Shown: positions 25,117-37,882 of the stretch, in pieces | How the letters are laid out: each line of letters opens with the position of its first letter | Numbering within the stretch: the stretch's first letter is position 1 | From: Octopus sinensis | Taxonomy: Eukaryota | Length of the DNA stretch: 64,000 nucleotides | NCBI RefSeq assembly: GCF_006345805.1 | Contig: NC_043000.1 | Coordinates: 138,446,001-138,510,000, forward strand | Reading direction: 5' to 3' | Notes under the pieces: generated by a model | Databases searched by the model: none | Told to the model about the DNA's origin: nothing | The model's input: only the letters and a program-made list of their open reading frames with translations | Position numbers and translations under genes: made by a program

Positions 25117-25629
25117 TTAAATATAAAATGTCTTTATGGATAGGCATTTGCATCAAGGTTGACCTAATGCTATACAACAACACAATTAGAATCTGTAAAA
25201 TATGATGATCAAATTTATAAAAAGAGATACAAATGTCCTTACCTGTTCTTTTCTAAATCAACCATCAGGTGCTTTTGCACACCACTGGTCACAATGTGCT
25301 TCTAAGTCTGTCTTGATCGCATCATTCTTTTCCATCTTGTGGAAAAGCACTTACATAAATCAGCTTTCCATTGTTATGGAGGACTTCCAAATGGCCTTTT
25401 CCAATATCCTGGATACCCCTGAGTAATTATGCAGGTTCACCTGCAATCTATGTGTTTTGCAACAAGTCTGGCTCAACAGAACTTGTGCTTTAGGTATGTA
25501 TGTATGTATGTATGTTGCCCAGTTTGCACCCCGTGGAGGAAGGGTTGAACTTTTGCAGACCCTTGATAACTGTCAGAGACCCATTTGCTGCTAGCACAGC
25601 TGGCTTGCTGTGTTCGCGTTGTATGTATG

Positions 25630-25660
<31 letters not shown>

Positions 25661-26134
25661 GTGTGTATGTATGTATGTATGTATGTATGTATGTATGTAT
25701 GTATGATGTATGTATGTATGTGTGTATGTATGTATGAAAGTATGTAAGTATGTATGTATGTATGTATGTGGGTATTATGTATGTGTGCATATGTGTGTGT
25801 GTGTGTGTATGCATGTATGTCATTATTCTGGTTTATTTCAAGATTTATTGCCAATAGAGAAAGAGCTGGTTTCTAATAGAGATTCAAAACCCCTTCATTA
25901 GAATTTCAAAAACATCAACAGGGCATTTTTGTATGTATGTATACATGCAGATTTGTATGTTTTATTTTATGTATGTATTCTTATGCCTATAGTTGCAGTT
26001 CTAGACAAGCTCATATATACTTAAATGCATGCATGCATTTATGTATGTATATATGTATGTATGCATGTATGTATATATGTATTGTAAAAATGTTGAATTA
26101 TCTAGTGGCACACACAAATGTCTAGATTACTTAC

Positions 26135-26235
26135 CTGAACAAGACTCCAGCATATATTAGTACCTTGTGTGGGACATGTAATGCATATGAAAACAAAAAT
26201 TGTAATAGGCAAAGATTATACATGAATAGTCCCAT
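26135..26235 (-). other. candidate exon (TTATATTTTAG| ... CAG|GTAAGT)
   Basis: Strong splice signals, 101 nt, one open frame (MGLFMYNLCLLQFLFSYALHVPHKVLIYAGVLF). Confidence 0.35.
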
Positions 26236-27056
26236 CTAAAATATAACTGATGACTCCTAATTCCAAGATGGTTTCCCCTCTCTCACTATTTTTCTTTTTA
26301 TATCTCCCTCACTCCTTCATACTCTCTCTCTTTCTCACACACATACACACACACACACACAAACATCTCTGCTCTCAAGACGGTCTAAAGTAACTGTGTG
26401 TGTGATATTTTTTCTTTCGGTGAGTCCCTGATTAGAATATGTATGAAAAAACTACACCTTACCACATCACTATACAGAATAGTAAAGACTTACTATAGCA
26501 GAGTTCACCATGGGCAATTTTCCCCTTTACACTTCAACTGTAATCTAAGCTTGAATAATAGTTAATTATAGTTTACAAATGTACTACCCTCTTCTGTATT
26601 GTGTGTGCGTAAATCAGTGAAATAAACTCCCTGAATGTCTATGTATTGGGACATCCATAGAATTAGAATTAAAACAGACACAAATATCTAACAGATCATT
26701 TTGTGTTCTTCAGTTTTCATTTGTAAATGAGCTATGTTTCCATGGAGCTGTTTTGTTCTGCGGTTTTTTTTTTAGAAAACTTCAAGAGGGAGGCATGCCG
26801 TTGTTTCAGTTGTTCATTTGAGTAATCAGTGAGATTTTCAAAAGTGAACTTCTATCGGTGATTGATCTTCTAAGCAAGCCTACAGTTCATTGATCAATAT
26901 TGACAAATTCTAGAATCAAATTGTATCTATTGATCATGTAATGACAACAACAATGAGTGCCATAACAACTTACAATAAACACATCAAAATTGATATGAAC
27001 AATAAGAAGAGATATAACAATAACATATGATGCTCACTGTCCTTCACACACACACA

Positions 27057-27101
<45 letters not shown>

Positions 27102-27386
27102 TGTGCGTATATATGTATGTACATTGAAGTAGAATGGAATTTTAAATAAACAAACATTTACTAAATGTCTGCAATAGGTTTTCACAGAAATTTATTTGGC
27201 TTTCTGTTTTGGTTTTACTTATGAATAACATTCTATAAAGTAATAATAAGTATTGTTTATATAAGAATGGAGAGCCAACAGCCATTCATTCTTCACTTGA
27301 ACATATATGAATACCTTCACATATATATGCAGGTAAGTATCTCTCTCTTTCTCTGGCTATCAATCTATAATACACACATATATATA

Positions 27387-27437
<51 letters not shown>

Positions 27438-27749
27438 TACACACACATATATATGCATACAGAGAAAGCAACAGAAATAGAGAAAGAGAGAGAGAGAGAG
27501 AGAGGGAGAGAAAGTGAAATAGTAAGGCAGATACAAAAACAGAGTTGAAATGGATATACCAAACAGAGAGAGATGGTACACAGTACATAGTAAATGTTCA
27601 AATTTTATTGTAGGTGTTAGAAAGTTTAATGTCTCAGTTTCCAGAACATATACCATGGAGAGGTATCCTGTGTGCTTATGCTATCTTTCTATATGCCTAT
27701 CTTTCTATATGCCTATCTTTATATATGTTTGTGTGTGTGTATATACACA

Positions 27750-28060
27750 CAGTATTTGAAAGAATATGTAGAGATGGGTTTTTTGAGGGGATAATTTTAA
27801 TTTTAATTCTAATAATAATACTTAAAGTGAGTTACTCTGATATGAGTTTTGAGCTTCAACTAGCCATTTTCAAACTCAAAAATGTATGTTTTTCTGGTTG
27901 TAAGATTTTTTCGTACAAAAATATATGCACAAAAAATGGAAAAGAATATAAAAAACGCTTGAAACTTATATCAGAGTAACTCACTGTAAACATTACTGTT
28001 AATATTAAAATATAAATTATCCCTTCAAAAAAGCCATCTCTACTCATTCTTTTAAATATA
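27750..28060. repeat. inverted repeat (~105-bp arms, ~100-bp spacer)
   Basis: TTTGAAAGAATATGTAGAGATGG...AGTGAGTTACTCTGATATGAGTTT mirrored by AAACTTATATCAGAGTAACTCACT...CCATCTCTACTCATTCTTTTAAA. Confidence 0.8.
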
Positions 28061-28089
28061 TGACTGCTAAATACACAGTTTTTTTTTTG

Positions 28090-28250
28090 TTTTTTCATTC
28101 TCTCTCTTTATTTTCTCTTATTCATTTCTGTTGAAGAGCATAGGCTCGAAATGTAAAAGACTTTCACTTTACATTTTCCCCAATGTCAAACTAATACACG
28201 GAATTGATGTTCATACACCTGTCTTCGTCTTTCTAAAAATTTCAACTATA
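28090..28250 (+). mobile_element. Penelope-like pLTR fragment with minimal hammerhead-like motif
   Basis: CTGTTGAA-GAGC-ATAG-GCTC-GAAATGTA-AAAGA at 28128-28160; homologous to 45330-45520. Confidence 0.6.
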
Positions 28251-28267
28251 TATATATATATATATGT

Positions 28268-28683
28268 AGGCACAGTCGTGGCTGTGTGGTAAGGAGCTTG
28301 CTTACCAACCACATGATTCTGGGTTCAATCCCACTGTGTGGCACCTTGGGTGAGTGTCTTCTACTATAGCCTCTGGCTTACCACAGCCTTTTGAGTGGAT
28401 TTGGTAAGCAGAGACTGAAAGAAGCCTGTATATGTGTGTGTGTTTGTGTGTGTGTGTGTGTATGTGTTTATGTTTGTGTGTCCGTGCTTATCCCCCGTGC
28501 TTATCCCTCCATTGCTTGACAACCAATGTTGGTATGTTTATGTCCCAGTAACTTAGCGGTTCAGCAAAAGAGACTGATAGAATAAGTACTAGGCTTACAA
28601 AGAATAAGTCATGGGTTTGATTTGCTCGACTAAAGACAGTGCTCCAGCATGGCTGCAGACAAATGACAAACAAGTAAAAGAAA
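28268..28683 (+). mobile_element. SINE family A
   Basis: Full head-body-tail similarity to 2395-2837. Confidence 0.85.
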
Positions 28684-28908
28684 AAAAGAATATATACACA
28701 GACTTGCATACATATGCATATAAGTGAAGGTGTGTGGCTAAGGGCTTAGGGTATTTGGCCCATGATTATAAGGTCATGAATTTGATTCCTGGCAGTCCAT
28801 TCAATCCTTGAGCAAGGCACTTAACTTCATGTTGTTCCAGTCCACTCAACTAGCAAAAATGAGTAGCATCTGTATTTGAGAGGGTCCTTTCACATTCTGT
28901 GTCACACT

Positions 28909-29063
28909 TTACATTCTGAGTTCAAATTCCAGCGAGGTCGACTTTGCCTTTCAGCCTTTTGGGGGTCGGGTCGATAAATTAAGTACCAGTTGTGCACTGG
29001 GGTCAATGTAATCAACTAGTCCCCTCCCCGCAAATTTCAAGTCTTGTGCCATAGTAGAAATGT
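28909..29063 (+). mobile_element. 5'-truncated family D SINE with 14-bp TSD
   Basis: TSD TTCTGTGTCACACT at 28895-28908 and 29064-29077. Confidence 0.85.
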
Positions 29064-29083
29064 TTCTGTGTCACACTGACTAT

Positions 29084-29399
29084 TTATTTATTCATACGCC
29101 CTTTTCAAACCTAACCAGGCTCATGGGCCTGGTTTCCCAGTTTCTGTGGCATATGTGTTCCACACAGCTGGATGGGACACCAGTTCATTGCAGCGTTACT
29201 CAAGAAACAGGAAGAAAGAGTGAGAGAAAGTTGGGGCGAATGAGTACCACAGGGGTCACCACCACCCCCTGCTGGAGTCTCGTGGAGCTTTTAGGTGCTT
29301 TCGCTCAATAAACACACACAATGCCTGATCTGGGAATCAAAACCACGACCCTCCAACTGCGAGTCCACTGCCCTAACCACTGGGCCATTGCACCTCCAC
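29084..29399 (-). mobile_element. family C head SINE with tail Y and 12-bp TSD
   Basis: TSD CACACTGACTAT at 29072-29083 and 29400-29411; head GGAGGTGCAATGGCCCAGTGGTTAGGGC. Confidence 0.85.
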
Positions 29400-29606
29400 C
29401 ACACTGACTATACCTGAGAACTATGTCAAGTGTATGCAGGTCTGTGGAATACTCAGTCATTTCCATGTTAATTTCAAGAGTAAGATGTTTCATTTATTGG
29501 ATCAACTGGAAACCACATCTGTTAATTATTCTGATCTTTTGACATATCATATTCCATATATGATATTTTGCAATTCTCTTACTGTCTGTTCTCCAAAATA
29601 GCTCAC

Positions 29607-29651
29607 CTGTGGCCATACAACTACACCAGTAACAGCAATAATTATAACATT
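29607..29651 (-). other. candidate 45-nt exon (TTTGATTTCCAG| ... CAG|GTGAGC)
   Basis: Splice consensus on both sides; open frame NVIIIAVTGVVVWPQ. Confidence 0.3.
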
Positions 29652-30109
29652 CTGGAAATCAAACACTGCTTATCTATGTTTCACATTAACCACTACACTA
29701 CAATAGCTCAACATATATTGCACTGAATTTACCCATATATTCTGATACTATGAACTCGTGAGGTTAAAATGCCTTCAGGTATTCCAACTCATTCTCAGAT
29801 GAACAAATAAATGAAAAAGGATTTTCTTCCTAGCATGACTGAGTCACAAGTGCAGTAAATTCAAATTAATTCTATACAATTTTGGCTCTTAAATAAATAT
29901 GATTGCAACACGAGTTATTTGTAAAAGCACTGTTCTGAATAATTGGTTTCAATAATTTTGTAACTAGCATTACTCAAACGCAACATGAGGCTTTCACAAT
30001 TTCTATTATTATTTCTGAAGTCAACAGTTATGCTACTGTGTGTGTGTGTGTATCAGTGTGTGCATTTGTGTTTGTGCGTATGCATGCATGCACACTTTCA
30101 CCTAGATGT

Positions 30110-30360
30110 ATGAATTATATTGTATACATATGCATTTATACAACCACACACACACACATACACACACACATACACTCACACACACACATATAAAGATATA
30201 CACATAGACTCACATACACACACACACACACACACACATGCATGCATACATGCTCATACACTCCCATGCACACCATGCACACACGTGCACACACACATAC
30301 ATGTATATACATATATGTGTGTGTGCATATATATACATATATATGTGCATGCGTGTATAT

Positions 30361-30426
<66 letters not shown>

Positions 30427-30819
30427 GCATAAAGATAAATGTAACCATATATTTATATATTTATACATATATATATACCCATTTACATATATGTACATAT
30501 GTATATTTATATTATATTATTTGATATATATATATATTTATATTATATATATATATATATATATATGATATATCTAATTCTATCTATCTACCTATCTATC
30601 TTAATATATATATATACACACACATATATGTATGTATATATATTATATATATATTATATATTATATATGGATACATACACATAACACATACGCACATGCA
30701 CACGCACATACATACATACACACATACACACATACATACATACACACATACATACATACATACATACATACATACATACATACATACATACACACATACA
30801 TACATACATACATACATAT

Positions 30820-30862
<43 letters not shown>

Positions 30863-31413
30863 CACACATCATGAGATTACGGGAGGAAGAGAGAGGCAAT
30901 GGAAATGACAGAATGAAACAAGAAGGCAGTAAAAATAACACTCTAGTGTATTATTTTGTGTTGAGCCTATCCTTAGATACTACATCAACTTGTGTATTGT
31001 ATCTATCCTTAAATAAATGTCTATGTCCTCAATTAATCAACCAAATATATTTTTAGTGTATCTTTATTGTACAGACAGATTTATCTCTGAACCATTCTCT
31101 GTTTCTTTTCCCTTTCTTTTCCGATTTTTTTTTTTTTTTGTAGCTGAAGGCAACCAAACTTTTTGCCATGGAGCCTCCTGTATAATATACCACTAATTGA
31201 ACCACACACTGGAATAAATCAAGCTTACAAATAATGAAATAACATTATTCTATATTTCTATGCATATATGTGTGTGTCTATCTTTCTATCTATCTATCTA
31301 TCTGTCTATCTGTCTGTCTGTCTGTATCTCTCAATTGATCTATATATCTATTATCTGTCTGTCTGCCTGCATGTCTGCTTGTCTGTCTGTCTGTCTCTCT
31401 GTCTGTCTATCTG

Positions 31414-31484
<71 letters not shown>

Positions 31485-31549
31485 GTCTGTCTGCCTGTCT
31501 GTCTGTTTGTCTGTCTATTTATCTATCTATCTATCTGTCTACCTATCTA

Positions 31550-31636
<87 letters not shown>

Positions 31637-31810
31637 ATATCTAACTATCTGCCTGTCTGTCTATCTACCTATCTATATCTATCTGCTTGTCGCTCCTATC
31701 TCTGCCTCTGTCTGTCTGTCTGTCTGCCTGCCTCTCTCTCTCTCTCTGTATCTCTCTCTCTCTCTCCTCCTCTATATATATATATATATATATTAATATA
31801 TATATATTAG
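30110..31810. repeat. microsatellite field: (CA)n, (TA)n, (TACA)n, (TCTA)n/(TCTG)n
   Basis: Direct inspection. Confidence 0.95.
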
Positions 31811-32269
31811 AAGAAATGAGGTACTCAGAAAATCGGATGGTTTATATTTACAGATATTTATTTGTATATAATACCTGTACATCATCTCCAAACTTCCATA
31901 TATATATTATATAGTATATATATATATATATTATAATATTATACATATATATAGTAGAATAATAAATGAAAGTTTTGGGTACAGTATTATATATTGAAAA
32001 AGTGGATAGAATTGGCTTTTTTTGGATAATTTTAATTTTAATAACAATAGCGCACCTATTTCTATCTTCATTCGTGAACTTACTCCCCCCCCCCTCTGTC
32101 TCTCTCTCTCCGGCTGGGTAACTTTATACTTCCTCTGCAACAAGACACCTGTTTTTGTATCTCTGTCTCACTCTAAACTTTCATCATCTGACACAAGATC
32201 ACCTCCTCCAGTGCCCCTTCATACTTGAAAGTATTTCTTTTTCTTGTGTCTTGCAAGTACTTTGTGACA

Positions 32270-32700
32270 CTGTCAGTGCAAGTGCCTCTTAAAAGCACCC
32301 AGTCCATACTGTAAAGTGGTTGGTGTTTGGAAGGGCATCCAGCTATAAAAATCCTTGCCACTTGCCTGTGCTTGTGCCACATAAAAAGCACTAAGTCCAC
32401 TCTGCTGAGTGGTTAATATTAGAAAGAGCATCCAGCTGTAAAAATCTCCTGCAACCCTCTCGAATTGAGCATCCCTAATCTTGTGGGTTCGTAGGTGTGT
32501 GTTCCAAATAGAAACCACTCATGCCAGTGCTGTGTAAATGCACCCAGTACACTCTGTAAAGTGGTTGGTATTAGGAAGGGTATCCAGCTGGAGAAACCAT
32601 GCAAAAATAGACATGAAGCCTGAGCAGCACTTAAGCTGGTCGGCTCCTGTCAAACCATCCAACCCATGCCAACATGGAAAACAGACATTGAAGGATGATG
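32270..32700 (+). mobile_element. older family B relative with three tandem core modules
   Basis: Three AAAGCAC..GTGGTT..GAAGGGCATCCAGCT modules, then CCAACCCATGCCAACATGGAAAACAGAC and a GAT tail. Confidence 0.7.
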
Positions 32701-32832
32701 GTGCTGATGCCAACTGGTTAGTGAACAAACTCAAAGACATGCTTGCACGTGAACACACACAAATATCTATCTAGCTAGCTGTGTGTCTGTCTGTCCACCC
32801 GTCAATTGTTTGTCTCTGTCTCTGTCTGTCTG

Positions 32833-32879
<47 letters not shown>

Positions 32880-33024
32880 TATATATATATATATATATAT
32901 AACTAGCAGCATAGCCCGGCGTTGCCCGGGTATGTAAGAGCCCCTAGTAGGCAACGACTAATCCCAATGTAGTCCTTTCCCTCCAGGGAACGAAGGTGCA
33001 TGTGGACGTTGCAATGTCTTGTCT

Positions 33025-36000
33025 TCACTGGAATACTTCTGTATATACGATGTTCCTAGCTGTCCGTTTGGGCGAAAACATGAAAACATCATTGCGCCTC
33101 CCAACGCGTGAACAGCCCACGTAGAGTTGACCGTGGGCGAAGCACTGTTCGCCCAAATGTAACCCAGCGACTTGTAGCGTTTGGCCTTGGGGTTTATTGA
33201 TGGACATTGCGAAGCAGAGTTTAACAGGAACTGAGAACGCCTGAAGTGGATTGGTAGGTCAGCGCCCGACGGTTGAAGGTGCATCCGTGGAATGAAGACG
33301 TCCTCTCCCTTCCCACAACCGGTAAGTATTGTGGCCGTTATTAAATGTGGTGCCAAATGTTTCACAACCAAACGTGTGCCGTTGCACTGTTTAGGTGGAA
33401 CCAAATTCCTGATGAGCATAATGGGCGCACCGACTTTTAACTTCAGGATGTGTGGTGGCAGGCCTGGCGGTTCAAGTGAATTCAGGAATTCAACAGGATA
33501 ATCGGCAAGCTGGGCGGGGTCTGCTGTCCTATCTATAGATTTGTAGACGTGGACATCACCAGGAATAGCTTCAAGTAGCTGGATATTGATGGAGTTGACG
33601 GTTGTATTTTTGGGTGCGAGAATAGCTCTGCCTGCCAGCCATTTTAGGTCGCGTAATTGTTTTGTAGGTCGTGGAAGACAGCGTCCCGGAGGCTAGCAGG
33701 GGTGTCGACAATGGTGCAAAGTGAGTCCAATTGAACGTAGCCATCCGCATCAGACAGCATCCTATTTTCACCGAGCAATAAGAGGTCCCTGGAGAATGCA
33801 GCGGATCCGCTGTCACCAATTAACTGCGCGCGCATGTTAGTTTGGAGGTGCAAGGGCCGCACTGTGTGCCCAAAGAGCTGACGACTTAAGGCACGCGCGC
33901 ACGGCATCGGCACGGGTTCCTTTTGGAATAACAGGTAGAGTCTGCCTGAAGTCTCCTGAAAGAAGTAAAGTTAATCCTCCCATGGGGGCCGTAGAGTCTT
34001 GCAGGGACCTGTCCAGTGCCTCAAGGGCGCCTTTGTGTGCCATAGTGCACTCGTCCCATACGATGAGTTTGCATCTGCGCAGAATGTCGGCCTGTTCTGA
34101 GTTCTTGGCGATGTTGCAGATAGGTGACTCGGACTTTGCCAGATCGAGCGGGAGTCTGAAGGCAGAGTGGGCGGTTCTGCCACCCGGAAGCAACGTGGCC
34201 GCGATACCAGAGGAAGCTACAGCCAGGGCAATGTCCGTGTTGCGTCTGACCTCTGCCAGAATTAGTTTAGTGACGAAGGTTTTGCCAGTGCCGCCGGGTG
34301 CATCAAGGAAGAAAATCCCCCCACGTTGCTGTCTGACAGAGTCTACGATGGTGTTGTAGGCTATGCGCTGGTCTGGAAGCAGCCGTGGTTCATTATCTTG
34401 GACGTACTGGTGCAGTTCCTCAATGCAGTAGGAAGTTTCGCGTAACAATTCAGCAGACATAACATTGGCGTGTTCACGTGTGGGTGGTGGAAGGCCGTAC
34501 TCTGTTAAAGCAGACCCACCCATATCGATGACAGCGTCTTCGAGTTGAATGAGCGCAAAATTGTAAATGAAGTTGGTGAACGTGATCTCGGCGGAAGGGC
34601 AGTGTTGCTGAGCCGTACGTAAGAAGTCGTGCGACATGTCATCCCTGTATTTCATCCAGAGACTTAGTGGATCACTAAGCTGACATTTTTGAAGAAGGAT
34701 TGCGAAAAGATGTCGTAGGGCCGAATGCGTTTGCAGTAAAGCACCCTCTGCCATCGTGGCGTCCCACTGGGAGTCATCCTCTAGAAGGCCAAGTCTCATA
34801 CATGCTTCCCTGAAGGTGTCGCACAGAACCCCATTGACGGTACGTATATTGGCGAAACCTGTTGGACCAGTGACCTCATGTAGAAGGAGACGGAGGTAGA
34901 AGCATTCTTGCTGGTTTGGCGGGATGTTGTAAACTCGACCCAGGCAGGAGTCAAACTTGACGCCTGGGAAGCTTTCGACGTTTTTGCCGGATTTCCGTCG
35001 AACCCAGGTGTTTTTAGACCACACGAAGTACGATGGGACCTGTGGGTACAAAAGCGTTCGAGCGAAGTCATCACGTTGGCATAATTTGAAGAAACCAGTC
35101 AACGTTGTGTCTTTAGGGCTGGTGGCTATCTGCACAGCACTTTGCTCTGTGAAGTAAATCTGCTGTCCATTTTCCAAGTGTACAGCAAGCTGCACCACAG
35201 CCGGGTGTCTCCGATGGAGCGGGAAGCCGTAAATGCGCCAAAACGCTTCGTTGCTGCTGAGGTACCGGCCAGCCAAGTAGTTGGACACTTCGTCGCGACT
35301 GGTGGTCCTCTGGATGCTGAACATGGCAGCATCGCTGCCTTTGTTGATATATTTGCAGACATATTGTATTGACCTGATGGAGCTGCAGAACTCAACGTTG
35401 ACGTGGGCTTTGAATATCTTCGACAGGAGAGGACAGTAGGGGACAATGTAGCTGTTGTCCACTTGATGTCGCCCAACCGTAATCGTGCGGCCTCCATTGG
35501 CTGGACTCCTTCGTTTGTACAGCGGATACCCATCGCCGCCTGTTTGAGTCTCCAAAGTGAACCGTTTAGGGAATCCCTTTGAGCAGGCTAATCCGTTTTT
35601 GTAGCATGGTGTGTTGGCGTAATTTGGTCCACAGGGCCCGTGTACCATGGTAGTGCGGACAATTTCGTAGAGTCCGGGGTCCTCATCGGGGTCAGGAATC
35701 TCGGCGGAAATGAATTTGTCAATGTCATTAGTCTCGATTTTATGAGTGAGCCAAATTAAGATGTGAGCATGTGGCAAGCCCCTCTTTTGCCACTCGACCG
35801 AAAACATGTGGCACCTGACATGCCCGAAAATCTGACTCTTAACTATCAAATCCTTCATTTTGCCCAAATTCAGACGGAAAACCCTAGCAACGATGTCGTG
35901 TCGATGGGTGTGAGATTGACCCGGGAGGAGTTCGCGAGTGATTTCGTCGCAGCTGGGATTGCACGTGTAGGTGATAAGAGGGTCCGCCGGCCGTAAATGC

Positions 36001-37882
36001 GCACGTAGGTCAAGGCGTCTTGGGTCCTTTCACGCATATATCGCGGTCCTCCCGTGAAGGTGGAGGGTAGAATGCATGGCTTGCCGATGTTGCGAGGGTC
36101 ATTTTCTTGTTGCAAACCGTCACGGAGATGAATGTAGGAGTCGGAGCGAAGTTTGGTCTGATTAAGTTTAATGTATAGCAGCCTTTCCGATTCCATTTTT
36201 GCGGCCATATCGACGGCGAACTGGTTGAATAGCTGACGACAACGAGGCAATAGTTGAACTCACCCTCCCTGACCATGAACCGGTATGAGTAGAACGCCCT
36301 GCAGGAAACCGTCTTTGATGCCGCAGTAGTTTGATTGGAGGGCTGCCGTAAAGGAATTCCGAAGTGGTAGCCGTCTTCCCCATAAGGGAAAAGCAATGGA
36401 TAGTGAAGCGCGTCATAAGATCTGTGAGTCTCGCTGATCCTGTGTAGGTTGTTACCACGGGAGGAGATGATTATGTCACGGCTGTTGTGTTGCTCTCCGT
36501 GTATAACTGCGGCAATTTCGTTGCACGCAGGTGCGTTGAAACGGCGTTCGTGCTCCCCGTGGGGTCGTTTATCAGCATCAATGACAACGGTGAAGTTTGG
36601 AGATGGAGCACTGTCCAAGGCATATCTGAAGCTGCAGACGTAGCTGTTGATATCATGAAGCATGGTTTGGAGACGGAGAAGAATGTCTTTGCGGGGAACA
36701 TAGCTTGTACCCGGTATTATTCCAAGGCGTGCATCAACCTGGTGGTTGTAGTCGGCAATGAAGTATATTTGGAGGAAAGAAGACTGCTGAATCTCGTCTG
36801 GCAGAAGTGACCCAATAAGATGGTAGACCTGTCCCTGCACTTTGAAAGTAGGCATCCAGCCTTCTCTGGGAGGAATTTTGGCCCCAAAAGAGGTCATTTG
36901 GAATGAGCAGTTGTACTTTCGAATTATTTCAAGGAATTATGACGAATCGGGGGTTAAACCCGCCGCGAGATCCTTCAGTGGTTGAGGTGGTTCCCGTAGG
37001 GGTGGCAGGTCCACTTTGCCACCAGAGCAGCACAAACCAGGTGGCTCTCCGGGCCATTTCTTGGCTTTGCAAAACTGGCATACAATTGTCATTGACCCTA
37101 TCTTGATGTCGTCACGCAAGGAGAAGTTAATTGTGGCGTCGTAGTTGAATGCTAGTGACAACCAGAAAGCGGGGGCAGGGGTACGTACACCACGAATGAT
37201 ATCCCGACGTTTGTTGATACTCTCAAGTCGAGTGCACCGTGCCTCAGCAGATTCAGATGCACGTGCGACAGCGGTAGCAGTGGCATCCCTTGAAAGCCTT
37301 TCAGCTCTCGCCTCAGCACCCTCTGAAGCCCTAGCAGAAGCAGTGTTAATGATGTCTGGATGTCCGAATAGTCCGTTGGTGTGGAGTTTCGGCAGATCGA
37401 GCCCTGGCTGTGTTTGCGGCGTTAGCAGCTTGGCGAGCTCTCCTCTGTTGAGGTGTTTCGGCAGCTTTGGCCATGGCTTTGTTTGCGGCGTCAGCATCTT
37501 GGCGAGTTCTCCTCTGCTGTGAGGTTTCGACAGATCGTGTCCTGGCAGTGCTAGTGGCGTTAGCCGCATTCCGAATGGCCCTTTGTTCGGGGTTCTCGCG
37601 AGCTCTGCGGATGGAAGCACAGTAAGAAGCCCGCATGTTTTGGCTGGACTGTTGCTCTTTCGTCAACCTCGAGCGGAGGGAAGATCTGTACGCTGCGACC
37701 CTTGCAAGTCGGGTAGAACGGTCGCTAGTAGTTTCAGATGCCTGAGCAGCGGCATAACGGGAAGCTGTTTGCGAGAGGCGCAAGGCGGTTTCCTCGTGGG
37801 TCTCGCGTGCCCTTCTAGCCCTGGCAGCCGATGCCTTGGCCGTCCGAGGGCTGAGGAGGGTCCTTCTCTTCTTGGGTGGCAT
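33025..37882 (-). pseudogene. Helitron RepHel transposase (STPR-like repeats, Zn finger, HUH Rep, Pif1/SF1B helicase), disrupted
   Basis: Start CAAA-ATG MPPKKRR; CQFC..CCSGGKV finger; Rep motifs ITYTCNP, VEWQKRGLPHAHILIWL, YVCKYINKG; helicase DAPGGTGKT, IVWDECTM, GDFRQTLPV, CNGTRL, MSINKPQGQT, HGQLYVGCSRV; frameshifts near 37360, 36250, 35987, 33868, 33652, 33228 and in-frame TAA at 36937-36939. Confidence 0.96.

Larger units (their letters stand above)
28728..29520 (+). mobile_element. older CORE-like SINE (tail X) interrupted by two younger SINEs
   Basis: tRNA-like head, CCTTGAGCAAGGCACTTAAC CORE-like motif; tail matches 11625-11775 and resumes at 29400. Confidence 0.7.
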
